A DNA stretch of 63,699 nt, filler included, from Basidiobolus ranarum (taxonomy: Eukaryota): NCBI GenBank assembly GCA_040143965.1. It is 12 parts of 12 records of this genome, joined end to end, with 100 filler letters (N's around TTAATTAATTAA, not from the genome) between each part and the next. Parts side by side here need not be neighbours in the genome. Positions count along the whole stretch, not along the records: positions 21,310 to 26,527 come from JASJQH010001663.1; positions 26,628 to 31,842 come from JASJQH010001664.1; positions 31,943 to 37,155 come from JASJQH010001665.1; positions 37,256 to 42,468 come from JASJQH010001666.1; 8 more parts are not named here. One strand, 5' to 3'. Positions 25,515-37,887 of the stretch are shown here, piece by piece; the stretch's first letter is position 1, and each line of letters begins with the position of its first letter. The translations under genes and the position numbers were made by a program. A model generated the notes under the pieces. The model did not search any database. It was not told the DNA's origin and saw only the letters and a list, made by a program, of their open reading frames with translations.

Positions 25515-26527
25515 ATGACTGTCAAAGCGAAGCAAAATCCTTCTCAGGGAGGGAAGGTCTGGGGAAGAGACAAAGGTAAACTTTAGATCACTCATTTTCA
25601 TACACAGAGCGAAATAGTTGGCTAACGCTGTCTTTCGATTTTATAGATGTCACTCCTCTAACAAACTTGATATGCGCTTGCATTTTCTTATTTTGCCCCA
25701 TCATGGTCCTATATTTTTGGTCCTCGTGCACCTATTATTCTTGCTCGCTCTCTGCACCAATCTATGAGCTGAGTGTCCAAAACTTCTCATTCGAGGCTGT
25801 CAAAAGCTTTTTCTGGGAGAAGTTAGTACCTGTTCCTACTAGTACAGGTTTCAAGCTGTTCTTCAGCTGGTTGTTGTTCCAAGCCTTCCTCAATGTCGTT
25901 CTGCCCTGTACCATTGGTTTCGGCCAAATGACCCCTGCTGGACATCTCTTACCTTACAAGGTTAATGGATTGTCGGCGTGGGTTGTCTCCCATGTACTTT
26001 TTGTTGGTGGGTCCTTGGCTTTGGGTTTGTTCCCAGCCAGTATCATCCATGACAACTGGGGAGGAATTCTCATAGCTGTTAATGTATACGGTTATTTTCT
26101 TACCATTTTCTGCTTCTTCAAGGCCCATTTCTTCCCATCTCATACCGATGATCGCAAGTTTTCTGGATATTTCTTCTACGACCTCGTGATGGGCATCGAA
26201 CTCAATCCTCGTTTTGGCAAGTATTTCGACTTCAAACTCTTCCATAACGGACGCCCGTGCACTGTTGCTTGGACTCTGATTAATTTCTCTTTTGCGGCTG
26301 CGCAATACCAAAGCATTGGCTATGTGACCAACTCGATGGTTTTATTGAATTTCCTTCATGCCGTATATGTGGTTGATTTCTTTTATCACGAGGACTGGTA
26401 TCTTCGTACCATTGATATTGCTCATGACCATTTTGGATTCTATCTTGCTTGGGGAGATTCGGTCTGGCTTCCATTCATGTATACTTTGCAGTCGCATTAC
26501 TTCGTTCGTAACCAAGTTGATCTCAGT
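25515..26527 (+). CDS. DHCR7: 7-dehydrocholesterol (sterol delta-7) reductase, 3'-truncated. Exons 25515-25575 and 25647-26527
   Basis: N-terminal WGR, then TPAGHLLPYKVNGL, GIELNPR, DFKLFHNGRP, AWTLINFSFAAAQ and TIDIAHDHFGFYLAWGDSVWLPFMYTLQ. These match the DHCR7 branch of the ERG4/ERG24/LBR family. Confidence 0.88.
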
Positions 26528-27504
26528 NNNNNNNNNNNNNNNNNNNNNNNNNNNNNNNNNNNNNNNNNNNNTTAATTAATTAANNNNNNNNNNNNNNNNN
26601 NNNNNNNNNNNNNNNNNNNNNNNNNNNCTCTAGATAATCAATTTCTTTAAAAAACGCAAAATGTGGTGGCAGTTTTCAGTTTGATTTGTTTATCAAAGCT
26701 GGTTTTTGAGATTTATAGGTTAAGGTGTATATAGTGCGTTGTGATCTTTACTCCATTAGATTCAGCGAAAGTTTTGATCATATAGATGGAAATCAACATT
26801 TATTCCAGTATATCTATCCATATAATTCCGTTGACCTGTCCGTTGACCAGTCCGCTCTGGATTCCATTTAACCTCCACTCATATTTAAGCCATGGTCTGT
26901 GTGGCTTAGGAATAAGCAAGATCCAACCCATATTCATAGCCAACATATCTTCTCTACTTACAGTTCGATTCCATGTGTTATATTGATCAATCCGTGCCGA
27001 TTTCCCCTGCTGAAAGTCGATGATGATTGGAAAGAATTGCATCATACTTTCTCTTTAATTTTTATCCGCAGATTTGAAATGTTCTTTATAAAATCTAAAA
27101 AGTCGAATTATACGCCATTTATTAGAGTCACCATTGAACCAACGCATTGTAGTTTTTACTAATCATAAGATTATTTCTTGATCTTCTTTTTGGAACTTAG
27201 CTTTCTGTATTAATCACCGTGCACGAAGAATACTTTCCTTTTAGTAATAGAAACTCGAAGAACAAACAAGATTATTGTTGGATGGCTGGAATTTGAATGA
27301 TTAAAAGCCTGGTGGTGTGGTAATCATTACTTGTTTATTAGCGAAATCCTGTGCAAGCAAGCTTCAAGTCTAGACCAAGAAAAATGTAATAATCGAGATA
27401 CAGTCAATTCATAAATGATCTCTGCTGGTTCAATTTATACTGTTATGAAGCGAAGAAAATAATATGAGTGCTGAGTGCTTTACAATAAGTACAACCATAA
27501 TGTA

Positions 27505-28513
27505 TCAAAGATATAAAACATTAGGAAACAATGGCAAATTTGCAATTGATGGGGAGTCATAAGAATTACAAGGATAAACATTAGAGTATGGGTTTGGAAA
27601 GTTCTCTTCTAAAGGGAAAGGAAAAAGGGCGGAGGAGGGTGTAGTAAGGTATGACATCTCTGATGACCGTGCCTCTGGAAAAGGTGGATAGGTTGTTGGC
27701 GTCCTTTGAGATTTTAACCTATCCAATTCTGAAGATTCACTTAAGATTGATGTGTAGTGTATAATCACTCTCTTCAAATTTGCAATTTCCTGCTCCAGAG
27801 CCTGACAACCTGGGCATGTGTTTGTTGAATCTTCGAAATACTTGGCTTCACCTCCTTGTATTGAGCTTGGTTGTGAGTAGATAGATGAGGTTGAGGTTGA
27901 TGCTGGCGAGAGTGGTGGTAATAGTGGGGGTGTTGTGGACTTGAAAACTGGATTTGACTTTGAGATTGGAAATCTGGATTTTGGTTGGGTATGCGGACCT
28001 GACATACGTTGAATGAGATGAAGAGAAAGTGGTTGGTCTCTTATGAAATGTTGATGTGAATAGATTATCGTAGAGGTATCGCTGCATTGCTTTGTTCTCC
28101 GTCGGTCAGAAACTCGATAGAAGCCATAAATCTATTCAAGATATTACTGAGTTGTCACTTTAACACAATAACTCAAATCATTACAACTTACGTTTAACTG
28201 ACGAGAAAATGAGGCAAATTTGCTAGTTTCATAGTATTGTGGGAGTACTTTCGAGGCAAAATTCAATTGATCTTTGACGATAAACCTAGTACCTGACTCC
28301 TCCCAGGCTATCATGTCAACATACTTTTGTTCCGAAAGTATTCTAAATAATTAGTCGAGTTAGCATAGGATGCCATGGTACGGAATAGTGGAGAGAGAGA
28401 GTAAACATATTGGGAGTGTAGGGAAGAGAGAAAAGTAAAGGAATTTACTGGTAAAGCTTCAGCACAAACAAAGGTATGCGAATGCTAAGTTTGCTGGTAT
28501 GACCTCGTAGCAT
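27505..28513 (-). CDS. HSF-type DNA-binding transcription factor. Exons 28513-28449, 28342-28192, 28131-27505
   Basis: The spliced product MLRGHTSKLSIRIPLFVLKLYQILSEQKYVDMIAWEESGTRFIV..FASKVLPQYYETSKFASFSRQLNIYGFYRV..YSHQHFIRDQP is an HSF winged-helix domain, followed by a short coiled coil (QALEQEIANLKRVI). The domain is absent from the ORF track because of the introns. Confidence 0.9.
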
Positions 28514-30458
28514 CGTGAAGTATCTTAACTTTCCACGATAACATCTGGCTTTATATATATATGTGGATCATGGACTCGAGATAATTTTTAGGAAGGTGCC
28601 ACTAAAATGTACTATGGATTCCTCTAACCAGATAAAAATATTTCTATACTGAATATTTATTGTTTTTGAAAGCACTGATGTAAAACCATAAGTTTAAGCT
28701 ATGATATTCATGTCTCACTGAATCAACTTACTACGATATTATGAAATGTGGGCTTATACAGTGGATTTATGATAAATAGTCGCCTGTAAGTCCGAATTAG
28801 ATGGGAAATCGGCGATTGCGGATCAGAAAATTATCACACAAAAGAAATGTTACATCGTCCAGCTGGAGGAACAATTGTGATGCCGATATGGAAAGTAAAC
28901 AGGAAGAGAATATCGTTAGAGAATGAATCGAGTGATTCGCCATACCGATTTGCTACGTAGATGTGACTTCCAACTTGAACATTTTACTTGGCTACTTGAT
29001 TTACCTTCTATCACAATGAGTAGATTTCAATATGATTGAATGATTGATGCTTTTATGTGAAGTTGTGATTCTTGTGCTTAGTTTTGTAGTTCCCACAATA
29101 GGGCGAATGTCTACTCGGCTACATAAAGCTCTTAATTCCAGAGTCCAGTGTATTGATAGATTCTTTTTGCTCGCCAATCTCACATATACACTGTCTTTGC
29201 AGTACGACTGTGATAAGTCTAACTCTCCAGTTTCGTAGCAAAGATACCTGCTAACTGACTTCTACTCACAATATGTTGACTATCAGAATAAGCGATACTG
29301 AGAAGAGTACACGCATTCGGATATTGGTGAATTCTTGCTTATAATCGAATGATCTTTGAAACATGTTCATGGTCTGATCATTGACTTGTGACAGAATATA
29401 ACTGAATGACGCACTACCATCAACTCATCATTATCGCATTCACTTGACCAATTTCGGATTGAAACAACCACTAAATAATTCGATCCCATGTTTTTCTGTT
29501 CCTATTTTGGGCTTACATATAAATCCAGTTTTGCCTCTTGATACCAAGTTACAGTAAAACTATGTGTGACTATAATTTGGTCAAATCTGGTACATTTTAT
29601 AACTGATCATGGGGATTTTTGATGATGAGTCATGATTTCTGTGATTGTTTCATATCAGGCAATATAATCCAACGTCAGAAAATGTAACACATCTTTACAA
29701 GAAAAGCAATGGTCTTCTTTTTTTAAAGCTTGCTGAGTTTGTAGTGAAACCATGGGAAGATCTTGATTTCATATACTTTCCATTATAAATGCATACTAAG
29801 CTTTGTTGGGAAAATTCATTTGTTTCATCCTACGTCAGAATTTTGTGCAAAATCCTTACTCAGCTTAGCCTTGGTGTCTGAGATTGGTTTCAACCCCTGA
29901 GATAAGAGTACCATATTAAGAACATCTATTAAATAAACAGAGAAGTCAGAAAAATATGAGCTTTTTTATCCAAGAAAAAACAATATTTTTTCAGATTACT
30001 TTTTTTTGTCAATGACAAGCTTCTATTATATGATTAATTATTCTATCAACCTGGAAATTCTAGAACATTCTTGTTGAATATTAAAGTGAAATAGATTTCA
30101 ATTACAATTCCAATATTAGTTGCATACCTGAAAGTATTATTTTACAGTAATCAAAAGAAATTATTATAATAAATCAATAACACTTTGTATATCCATGACT
30201 TACTTGATTTTGAACTGAGATCAACAACAAATTCAAGCATGGTCCATGAGTTACTGTTTAAAATATGGCGAGAACACTTGAGTTATGGCAGACTTTTAGC
30301 TTCCTCCAGCTAATAACAGCATTTATGGTATATGATTTAATGATCAAATAATGCAATCGAAGTAAATTTGAGATCAGTGATGAAATGGACCCAAAAAAAA
30401 ATAGAATAATTACATACATACCCCAACCCTAAAGTATCTGGAGTCTCTAACATTGATA

Positions 30459-30542
30459 TTGAAACAATCACCTCCACAAATCAACTAACACAGAACTTCC
30501 TTGAAACAATCACCTCCACAAATCAACTAACACAGAACTTCC
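30459..30542. repeat. Perfect 42-bp tandem duplication
   Basis: TTGAAACAATCACCTCCACAAATCAACTAACACAGAACTTCC occurs twice in a row. Confidence 0.95.
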
Positions 30543-30637
30543 GATCATTATTTAGGATATTGAAAATGTCTGTCCTACTGTTTGTATTAACATCGTGATG
30601 AATGATGTCATGTTATTTCTTTGACTCTTACGCTGAA

Positions 30638-30682
30638 TTAGGGTTGGAGTAAGGTGAGATAAGGGTATGGGTAGGGTTAGGT
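30638..30682 (+). repeat. Degenerate TTAGGG-like G-rich tract
   Basis: TTAGGG TTGGAG TAAGGT GAGA TAAGGG TATGGG TAGGG TTAGG. Confidence 0.45.
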
Positions 30683-31970
30683 GGTGAGGTTCATCATTGA
30701 CTCTAAGTCGGTATATGATAGAGTTTTACACATCTCTGACTTGAAGTTCAAACCGGTGTTTTTCCTATTTCATATCATCCATGTTTCGTCTAAGCTTGCG
30801 GCAAGAATGATCACAAACATGCACATGTAATATTCGGCCCCTTCACTTGACTTTTCTGGTTAAGATCCTTACCATTCGAACAGTTGTATAGTAAAGGATA
30901 CTTCACCTATCCACCATTTTTAGTAAATATGTAGTTCTCCTCACTCAATCAATTCACGTTTCAGTGTCGGTAGAGTCAAACATAAAGAATAATGTAACGA
31001 GAGTTCTACACATGGAATAAAAATGACTATGGATATCTAAATCAAGATTTATCCCCCCAAATTCTCTGATAACTAGTGACTTACCACACATCTTTTCACC
31101 AAGCTTACCGAAAGAATCATGTATGGTAGATTTATTACATTTCAATCTGATTAACAAGTTGTGATCAAGATTGAGGCTGGAATAAGTACTTTCATAGGAA
31201 CTAACTTTTTCCAATGAGAAAGGTAAAGTATTGGTCGAGTGTAGAGATAGTGACATATCAGGTGGCCAAAAATCTTAGGGTTACAATAGACTTACAATAC
31301 TCCATCGTCCTATTCGTATCTACTCTCTTTTGGGTAAGAATCTTGCAATTCAAACAAGTATGGGCTAATATCGTAGTAGATTTTACTAATCTTTCATGTT
31401 AGCAGATTAACAAGTTATCGCAATAACATCAGCACCGACCATTACGTTTCATTGATGGGAAAATAAAGCAAATTTGTTGGTTGTATAGTATTGAGGAAGC
31501 ACTTTAGAGGCGAAGTTGATCGGGCCTTTATTGACAAATCTGGTGTCTGGCCACTCCCAAGCTATTATATCAGAATAACATTTCTCTGAAAGTATTCTAG
31601 AAAATGAGTTGGTAAGCACCTTGAAATTTATTATATATATATGGATATTATCGCCTCAAATCATCCATTTGTTGATACAAAGATAGTATCTTCACGAATT
31701 TTCGAAATATTATTTTTAGTCTGTTATCAAGGATAACATTGACTGGCATGTTTATTGGGATATTATTTCCAAGATGAGAGGGCGAAGTAAGGAGTAACTA
31801 CATAACCGAGGATCAAACATCTTGATAGTAAGTGAATGCAAANNNNNNNNNNNNNNNNNNNNNNNNNNNNNNNNNNNNNNNNNNNNTTAATTAATTAANN
31901 NNNNNNNNNNNNNNNNNNNNNNNNNNNNNNNNNNNNNNNNNNGTACATCCTATCCTCACCAAGATTACTT

Positions 31971-32020
31971 CCTCCCCCCTTCTCTCTCTCTCTCTCTCAC
32001 CCCCTCTCTTCCTTCTCCCC
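31971..32020. repeat. Intronic polypyrimidine/(CT)n microsatellite
   Basis: CCTCCCCCCTTCTCTCTCTCTCTCTCTCACCCCCTCTCTTCC inside the kinase intron at the contig start. Confidence 0.85.
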
Positions 32021-32041
32021 ACACATCCTCACTCGACTTAC

Positions 32042-33077
32042 CAGTTTCAGATCTCTGTGGACAACATTCTTCTCATGCATATAGCTCACACCTAGAAATC
32101 ATACAAGAATAAATCAGCATTACTACATCCATATTGCTTGCTTTCACTTCTCGCCACTCCCTCTGCCACTCTCCTCGAGCAAGATCCTGCTAACTTACCA
32201 CTAATCAGTTGGGCAAACAGTCGGCACGCTTCTCGTTCTTTCAGGTATCGGTGTGCAAGGATATGATCGAACAGCTCGCCACCTGATGGATTGAGTAGAA
32301 AATCATTCAAAGAAATGAGTTAGTGTCCTGACTCCTCAAGTTAGGATATACAGCATAGCTCTCCATCTCTCCTCTCCACTCGACCTTTGGCACAAGGTGA
32401 GCCATGGAAAGTGTATCGAGAGAAATGCTGTTGTATAGATTGAATGTATCAAGAGGTGAATGTACATACCAGAGGCATATTCAATGATGATACCAATGTA
32501 TTGGTCAGTCTCTATCACTTCAAATAATCTGACAATATTGGGATGATCTAATGACTATTTTATAAACAATGGTTAATGTGTGTAATTAATGTGAAAATTA
32601 TCCACTAATCTGGATCAAAAAATCGTGAGTAAATTGAAGGAATTATTCTTACCCTTAGTACGTTAACTTCTCTTTTGATTTTAATCAGCCGAGTCTCAGT
32701 ATCCACCAGTGCTCTTTTAATGAGTTTGACAGCGACCTATTGGAAGGATAATAAGTTAAATGGTTGCTAAAGATACCCACGAATAGAGACATATGATGGA
32801 ATGTAACCAATGTATATAACAGAATAAGGGTAAAAGAAAGCTTCCTAGTTACCTGATGCCCAGTTTGAGTATGTATGCCTAGCTTTACTTTGGCAAATTC
32901 CCCTTCACCGAGTGTTCTTATCAGTACGTAAGGGCCGAATACCGTACCAGGAATTCGTTGTTTGTAAGCAAAAGAGTCTGGAAGGTCCATATTCATCAAA
33001 GAAGGAACTGACATACGACGACTTTTCACTTCAATTGGGTTGGAGAAAAGTTCCGGCTGGGTTATCGGTGGCGACAT
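32042..33077 (-). CDS. KIN4: Kin4/Ppk1-family kinase, N-terminal half. Exons 33077-32853, 32736-32653, 32554-32470, 32282-32199, 32091-32042; runs off the contig inside an intron
   Basis: [58 protein letters not shown] and VVHRDLKL, followed by a GTAAGT donor. Confidence 0.88.
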
Positions 33078-35062
33078 GGATTAATAATAACAATGCTAAT
33101 AAATACAATTTTATGGTTTGTGTGTGTGGTTTATGATAAGTTAAGTTAAAAGGTTCACTATTCACTTGTCAGAGAATGAGAGAAGGTTCGTTTCGAAAGA
33201 GACGAAAGTTTAGGAGATTGATATCAATTGGTAATGGAGTTAGGAAAAGAGAAGTTAATAAGATATTCGAGAACTGAGACCCTCTACCCACTACGATATT
33301 TACCCGATTTAATATTAATTCCAGAAAAAAAAGGTTGGTGCAAGTACAAATGGGGTTTATGGGGCCAAATGCATTGAAACCGAACCTTCCAACCAGTCAT
33401 AAATATAAGATCCATAGCTACAGTATATTGATTTAATCAAGTGATTCAAATCATTGCTGCTCAATCGGATAATCCGGAACAATCATATATATTAGATTTG
33501 ATGATCCGCATGTTACCATTTGGCGGTCCTCATTCGAGGAAGGCCTCGTAACGGAGTGAATTCTCAGGGGCCTAGCAACGCATTTGAGCGGTTCCAGCAG
33601 ATCGTCAAATATCTAGTTCAACCCATTGTTGTTAGAGAGCAACTAGCTATTGTGCTTTACGTCATGCTTTGTTGTAGCATCTCCGAAAATGGAAATAGAT
33701 GTTGGTAGGTCACTTTAGAGTGGGAACAAAACAGAATTCTCGGCAACTGACCAGACACAGAATATGGAGTTTGGGGACACAAAGGTAACGTCTGGTAAAG
33801 TGATAGAGAAGTGGTAGCCAACGGAATGCGCTTGACACCATGATGTGATTTATTTAAGTGCCAATTAATGGGTAATGAGGCGATTTGAAATCCTCGGCGG
33901 CCTCTCGGAGCCTCAACTCTTGAGCATTAGCTAATATAATATACGATACACTACTGATACTGATGTTGGTAGTTGGGGTCTAGTCACGCACATCTAAATA
34001 TGTGTGGTCGTAGTTTGAATTGTCGGTCCGGACATCGCAATGGACAAGGTGTTGATTTTAAATTGAATACAGATTTGTATTCTAGTTGTTTGTTCAGCAA
34101 AAATGTAACAACACTTCCCCTGTGTACTATACTGAAGAATTCTGCTGCCTGGTTCTAGGCAGTGGAATTTCCTGGGGCTCATCAGGGTACGATGGTGCTT
34201 GCTCAATGTTATCATTTGTTGTTTCCGATCGCATGTGGTTCCAATGATTCGACCTTAGAGACGGGATTAAAACAAATATAGTGCAGATGGTTCTTTACAC
34301 CATCAGCTGTGAAACCAACGTTCTTCCTCCGTTGAGGATCATGGCCACAGATCTTCCTTGAGACAAAGAATGTTTGGGTCATGCTCAACAATATATTCAT
34401 TAAGACTCATTCTTCGAAACACCATGAAAACTTGTTTCATTTAGCATCTCATCTCAAATTAGACAAGTCAACAGGCTCATTGGGAATTAAATGAAACGAT
34501 GCCCCCATTGAAAGGTAACACTTGCCTCACCTAGGCCCAGGGTTAACTTTATCATGTAGCAGATTAAGTGTTGTTATGAATGATAAGTCCTGATAATCAG
34601 GATAAGATTAAGAGAGTAAAAAGGAACGAGCAAGCAATTTATATCATTAAACGATAAGAAGTTCACTTCTTTGATTTGGGATATTCAAAAGGATTGCGTG
34701 ATGCAAGATGGTGTATAAGGTGGGTATACAGTAGGATGTGATGGTAAGCTCTCTTGGTGGTAGTAAAACAGAAGAAATGTGAATGAGGAGATAGTCCTAA
34801 GAAATAAACGGAGGAAAATATAAAAGGGATAAGCATATCCCATGAAAGAATAGATTCGGAAGTAAGGTTTGAGAATTAGTTGACGTTAGAGTAAACCTAT
34901 TAGATGGAGTTGAACGGGATTATCTTTGTTTAGAAAGTAGAAGGGCCACACGGTTGATAGAATATAGTGCCAGGTCAAGTGTATGTATGTCAGTATCGTC
35001 ATACAAGTCGAGAAATTTGTAAGAGCTCCTCAGGTTAGATGTAAACGTTAAAAAGGAGAAGC

Positions 35063-36985
35063 TCAGGCAGTTAATATATGATGATTTGAAGTAGGCGTGG
35101 CACTTGGTGGTATAATATTTCCGTTACTAAATTCGTTGCTTTGTAAATCCAAACGGTCCAGAATGGTGTGGTAAAGGAATTTGTAGGACCACAAGTTTCC
35201 TTTACGACGACGGATGTCAACAATGTATAAGTTTCCAAAGTCCTTTACCCGACATATTTCTACCACGAAGCTAATCTCATCGCCAGGGTCAACTGTTTCA
35301 TCACCGTATATTGGATCAGGTTGAATTTGCGGTGTTCCATAAGTACTCGCACTAGATGTGACAAACTCATTAGGGTAGTTATAATCTTCGTGGTGTGTTC
35401 CTAGCTTCAACAATCTACTAAATGCGCTGACTGTGCGTCTTCTGGCAGCATTAGATCCTGAGCTGTGCCCTGGAGTAGGGGAAAAGGCGTATGTGTTGTT
35501 TGTGTAACTGGTACGTGCTGTCATGTTCGTTGTAGCAGTATTGGCTGTAGTTTGAGTATCAGTGGATATATGTGAGATTGTGGACTTCATAGTGGCAACT
35601 GAACCATTTCGGGCCTTCTTTTTACGTCTGGTGCACTTGAGTTTCATGTCTGTTTCTTTTTTAATTTCAATTCCCATTGCAAAGAGTACTTGCTTAATAT
35701 CTTGGAAAACTTCAATCGGTGCACGAGAAGTGACAGCATTTTGATCAATAGCTCCACTATGAATTCGTAGTTTGTATTCTTGTGATACTCTAATGTTGCC
35801 ACGACGTCCAGGAGTTGGCAATGAATCATAGTAGTGTGTGCCACCTTGTGGTTTTCCCAGAGATTTTTTACGGAACCAATCCATGACCTTTCTAGCCGCA
35901 TTTGAGCTCATAGACTTTTGCTTAGCAGAAGCATCAGCATTCTCAAAGTTTCCAACAAGAGTTGAAGGGAATGCACTCTTCACTACTTTACGTTTTTCAG
36001 CCCTAGCAGTGAGTTCGTCCAATTTAGGAGTGCTAATATCTAAGGCGGCAAGAGTTTGAGAGGTGATAGTGGGTCTATCACCATTATCTGATTGCGAAGA
36101 TTCATTAACATTAGGTTCAATAAATTGTCCATGGCTTTCTTCACGTGTCAAGATAACAGAGGGCATATCGGCGGCTAATTGAGGAGTAGGTTGCGAAAAG
36201 TGAATGGTAGTGGGTCGAATACGACCATGGCTCTTAGGTTTTCGCATAGAGCTACTGGGCGTTCCCGTGAGGGGAGTACCATTGAAAGGGGTGGCAATCT
36301 TGGAAGGAGCCTTTGATGATTTTCTCGATATCACATCAGGGACCACTGAATCATCGCCTTCTTCTTCATCAGCCTCAACAATACCATTGAGATGGTTTTC
36401 TGGAGTCTCCGGACTAGATAGATTGGGGACTGGTGACTGATCATACTCGACTTGGATAGTGTGTCTCTTCGGGGGTCGCGCTGTCTCTGTGTATGTGGGA
36501 GAGTCGGAGTCTACATTGCTTTGATCCATCTCCTCTCCATCCTTCTTGCTCTCCTCAAAGATGTACGCATACGGTGTCAGCCAGTTATGTCCCATGATCG
36601 CTTTCATGTCACATCTCTGTGTTGGGTCGGGTACGAGCATTCGTCGGAGTAGATCACGAGCATCTGGACTGACATAGTCTGGGAACACCAGTGGTGTCGA
36701 GAGAATATATTTGTACAATAGGTTGATGTTGTCACCATCTGGGTTCTCTGGATCGTCGTCGAATGGCAGATATCCACACAACATGGCGTACAGAATCACT
36801 CCACACGACCAGATATCCACCGCTGTGCCAACATACATCCCCTCGCTCACCACCAACTCCGGTGCCGCATAGCAAGGCGACCCGCACGATGTAGCCATCA
36901 GGTCATTTAACGGGCTCGAGAACTGATTTGCAAATCCAAAGTCTGTGATGATGACATTACGGTTGCGATCGAGAAGCAGATTTTC
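35063..36985 (-). CDS. KIN4: Kin4/Ppk1-family kinase, C-terminal exon (from ENLLLD through a KA1-like domain)
   Basis: An acceptor TTGTAG is followed by [38 protein letters not shown] and [24 protein letters not shown]. The C-terminus [31 protein letters not shown] is KA1-like. Confidence 0.92.
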   Translation of the reverse strand, partial: ENLLLDRNRNVIITDFGFANQFSSPLNDLMATSCGSPCYAAPELVVSEGMYVGTAVDIWSCGVILYAMLCGYLPFDDDPENPDGDNINLLYKYILSTPLVFPDYVSPDARDLLRRMLVPDPTQRCDMKAIMGHNWLTPYAYIFEESKKDGEEMDQSNVDSDSPTYTETARPPKRHTIQVEYDQSPVPNLSSPETPENHLNGIVEADEEEGDDSVVPDVISRKSSKAPSKIATPFNGTPLTGTPSSSMRKPKSHGRIRPTTIHFSQPTPQLAADMPSVILTREESHGQFIEPNVNESSQSDNGDRPTITSQTLAALDISTPKLDELTARAEKRKVVKSAFPSTLVGNFENADASAKQKSMSSNAARKVMDWFRKKSLGKPQGGTHYYDSLPTPGRRGNIRVSQEYKLRIHSGAIDQNAVTSRAPIEVFQDIKQVLFAMGIEIKKETDMKLKCTRRKKKARNGSVATMKSTISHISTDTQTTANTATTNMTARTSYTNNTYAFSPTPGHSSGSNAARRRTVSAFSRLLKLGTHHEDYNYPNEFVTSSASTYGTPQIQPDPIYGDETVDPGDEISFVVEICRVKDFGNLYIVDIRRRKGNLWSYKFLYHTILDRLDLQSNEFSNGNIIPPSATPTSNHHILTA

Positions 36986-37255
36986 CTACAACATCATATC
37001 ATTTGTTAGTACATCCTATACTCACCATGATTACTTCCTCGCCGCGGGTGTCTCTCTCTCTGGCGCGGCCGGGGGGGGGGGGGGCGAGGCCTCCGGGCGT
37101 GACGGACCAGGGTGAGCTGGGTGGGGGCAGCAGTCGTGTCGGGCAGAGGGGGGCCNNNNNNNNNNNNNNNNNNNNNNNNNNNNNNNNNNNNNNNNNNNNT
37201 TAATTAATTAANNNNNNNNNNNNNNNNNNNNNNNNNNNNNNNNNNNNNNNNNNNN

Positions 37256-37887
37256 CAGTTTTACCCTTTGAACATTGAATTAGCAATTTGTCTTGAAACA
37301 TTAAGACAGATTATATTAAAGGCACTTTGTTCTTTTTAACCTGGAGTAAAACTTTGGTTTCAGATAGTTTTGCATTGTTTTCTTTGCCTACAACAGTGTC
37401 CCAAAGTCCTTTTTCTTGCAGCAGCATTTTCATTTTAATTTTGCAAACTTGATAATTGGTTCCTTCCAGTTTTACAGAAGAGGGAAAGGTTTCATAGATT
37501 TGAGAAGTAGACATTACAGAGAGTGCAAGCTTGGGGCTCATAACCTGCTCAAGTATTTGGGAGCCTGTTGGAAGTGGTTTTGGAGAATTAGAGAAATTGG
37601 TGGTTTTTACTTACTGATTTATTGAGTTGAAAGTTGACATTTATAGTTTTGATGTAAAATACTAACATGTAGAATGTGCTAAGAAAGGTCCCAGGAACAT
37701 GTGTGCAAAGGTTGGGGCTTCTAGCACAAGTTTGAAAAATCTATATATCTGAGAACTCCTAAGTTGTTAAAATATTCCCAGTAAATTCCTTATGAGAATA
37801 ATGGATAATATCTTAGTGAAATATAAGATAACTAAGTACTAAACTATATATGACTATATAGGTGTTTAGGCGATGCTAATTTCAACA
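37256..37887 (-). mobile_element. 5' end of a Ty1/copia element: LTR 37887-37546, PBS and degenerate gag start
   Basis: A 342-bp TG..CA LTR is followed by GGTTATGAGCCC and then gag-like KLEGTNYQVCKIKMKMLLQEKGLWDTV. Confidence 0.9.
37534..37545 (-). promoter_or_regulatory. Primer-binding site complementary to the anticodon stem-loop of initiator tRNA-Met
   Basis: GGTTATGAGCCC directly after the LTR's terminal CA is the complement of GGGCUCAUAACC. Confidence 0.85.

Noticed and set aside
37041-37155. Very GC-rich tail with poly-G and a Gly-rich ORF (37003-37203)
   Set aside because: It looks like a low-quality read end after a microsatellite at the contig edge and replaces what should be intron sequence.
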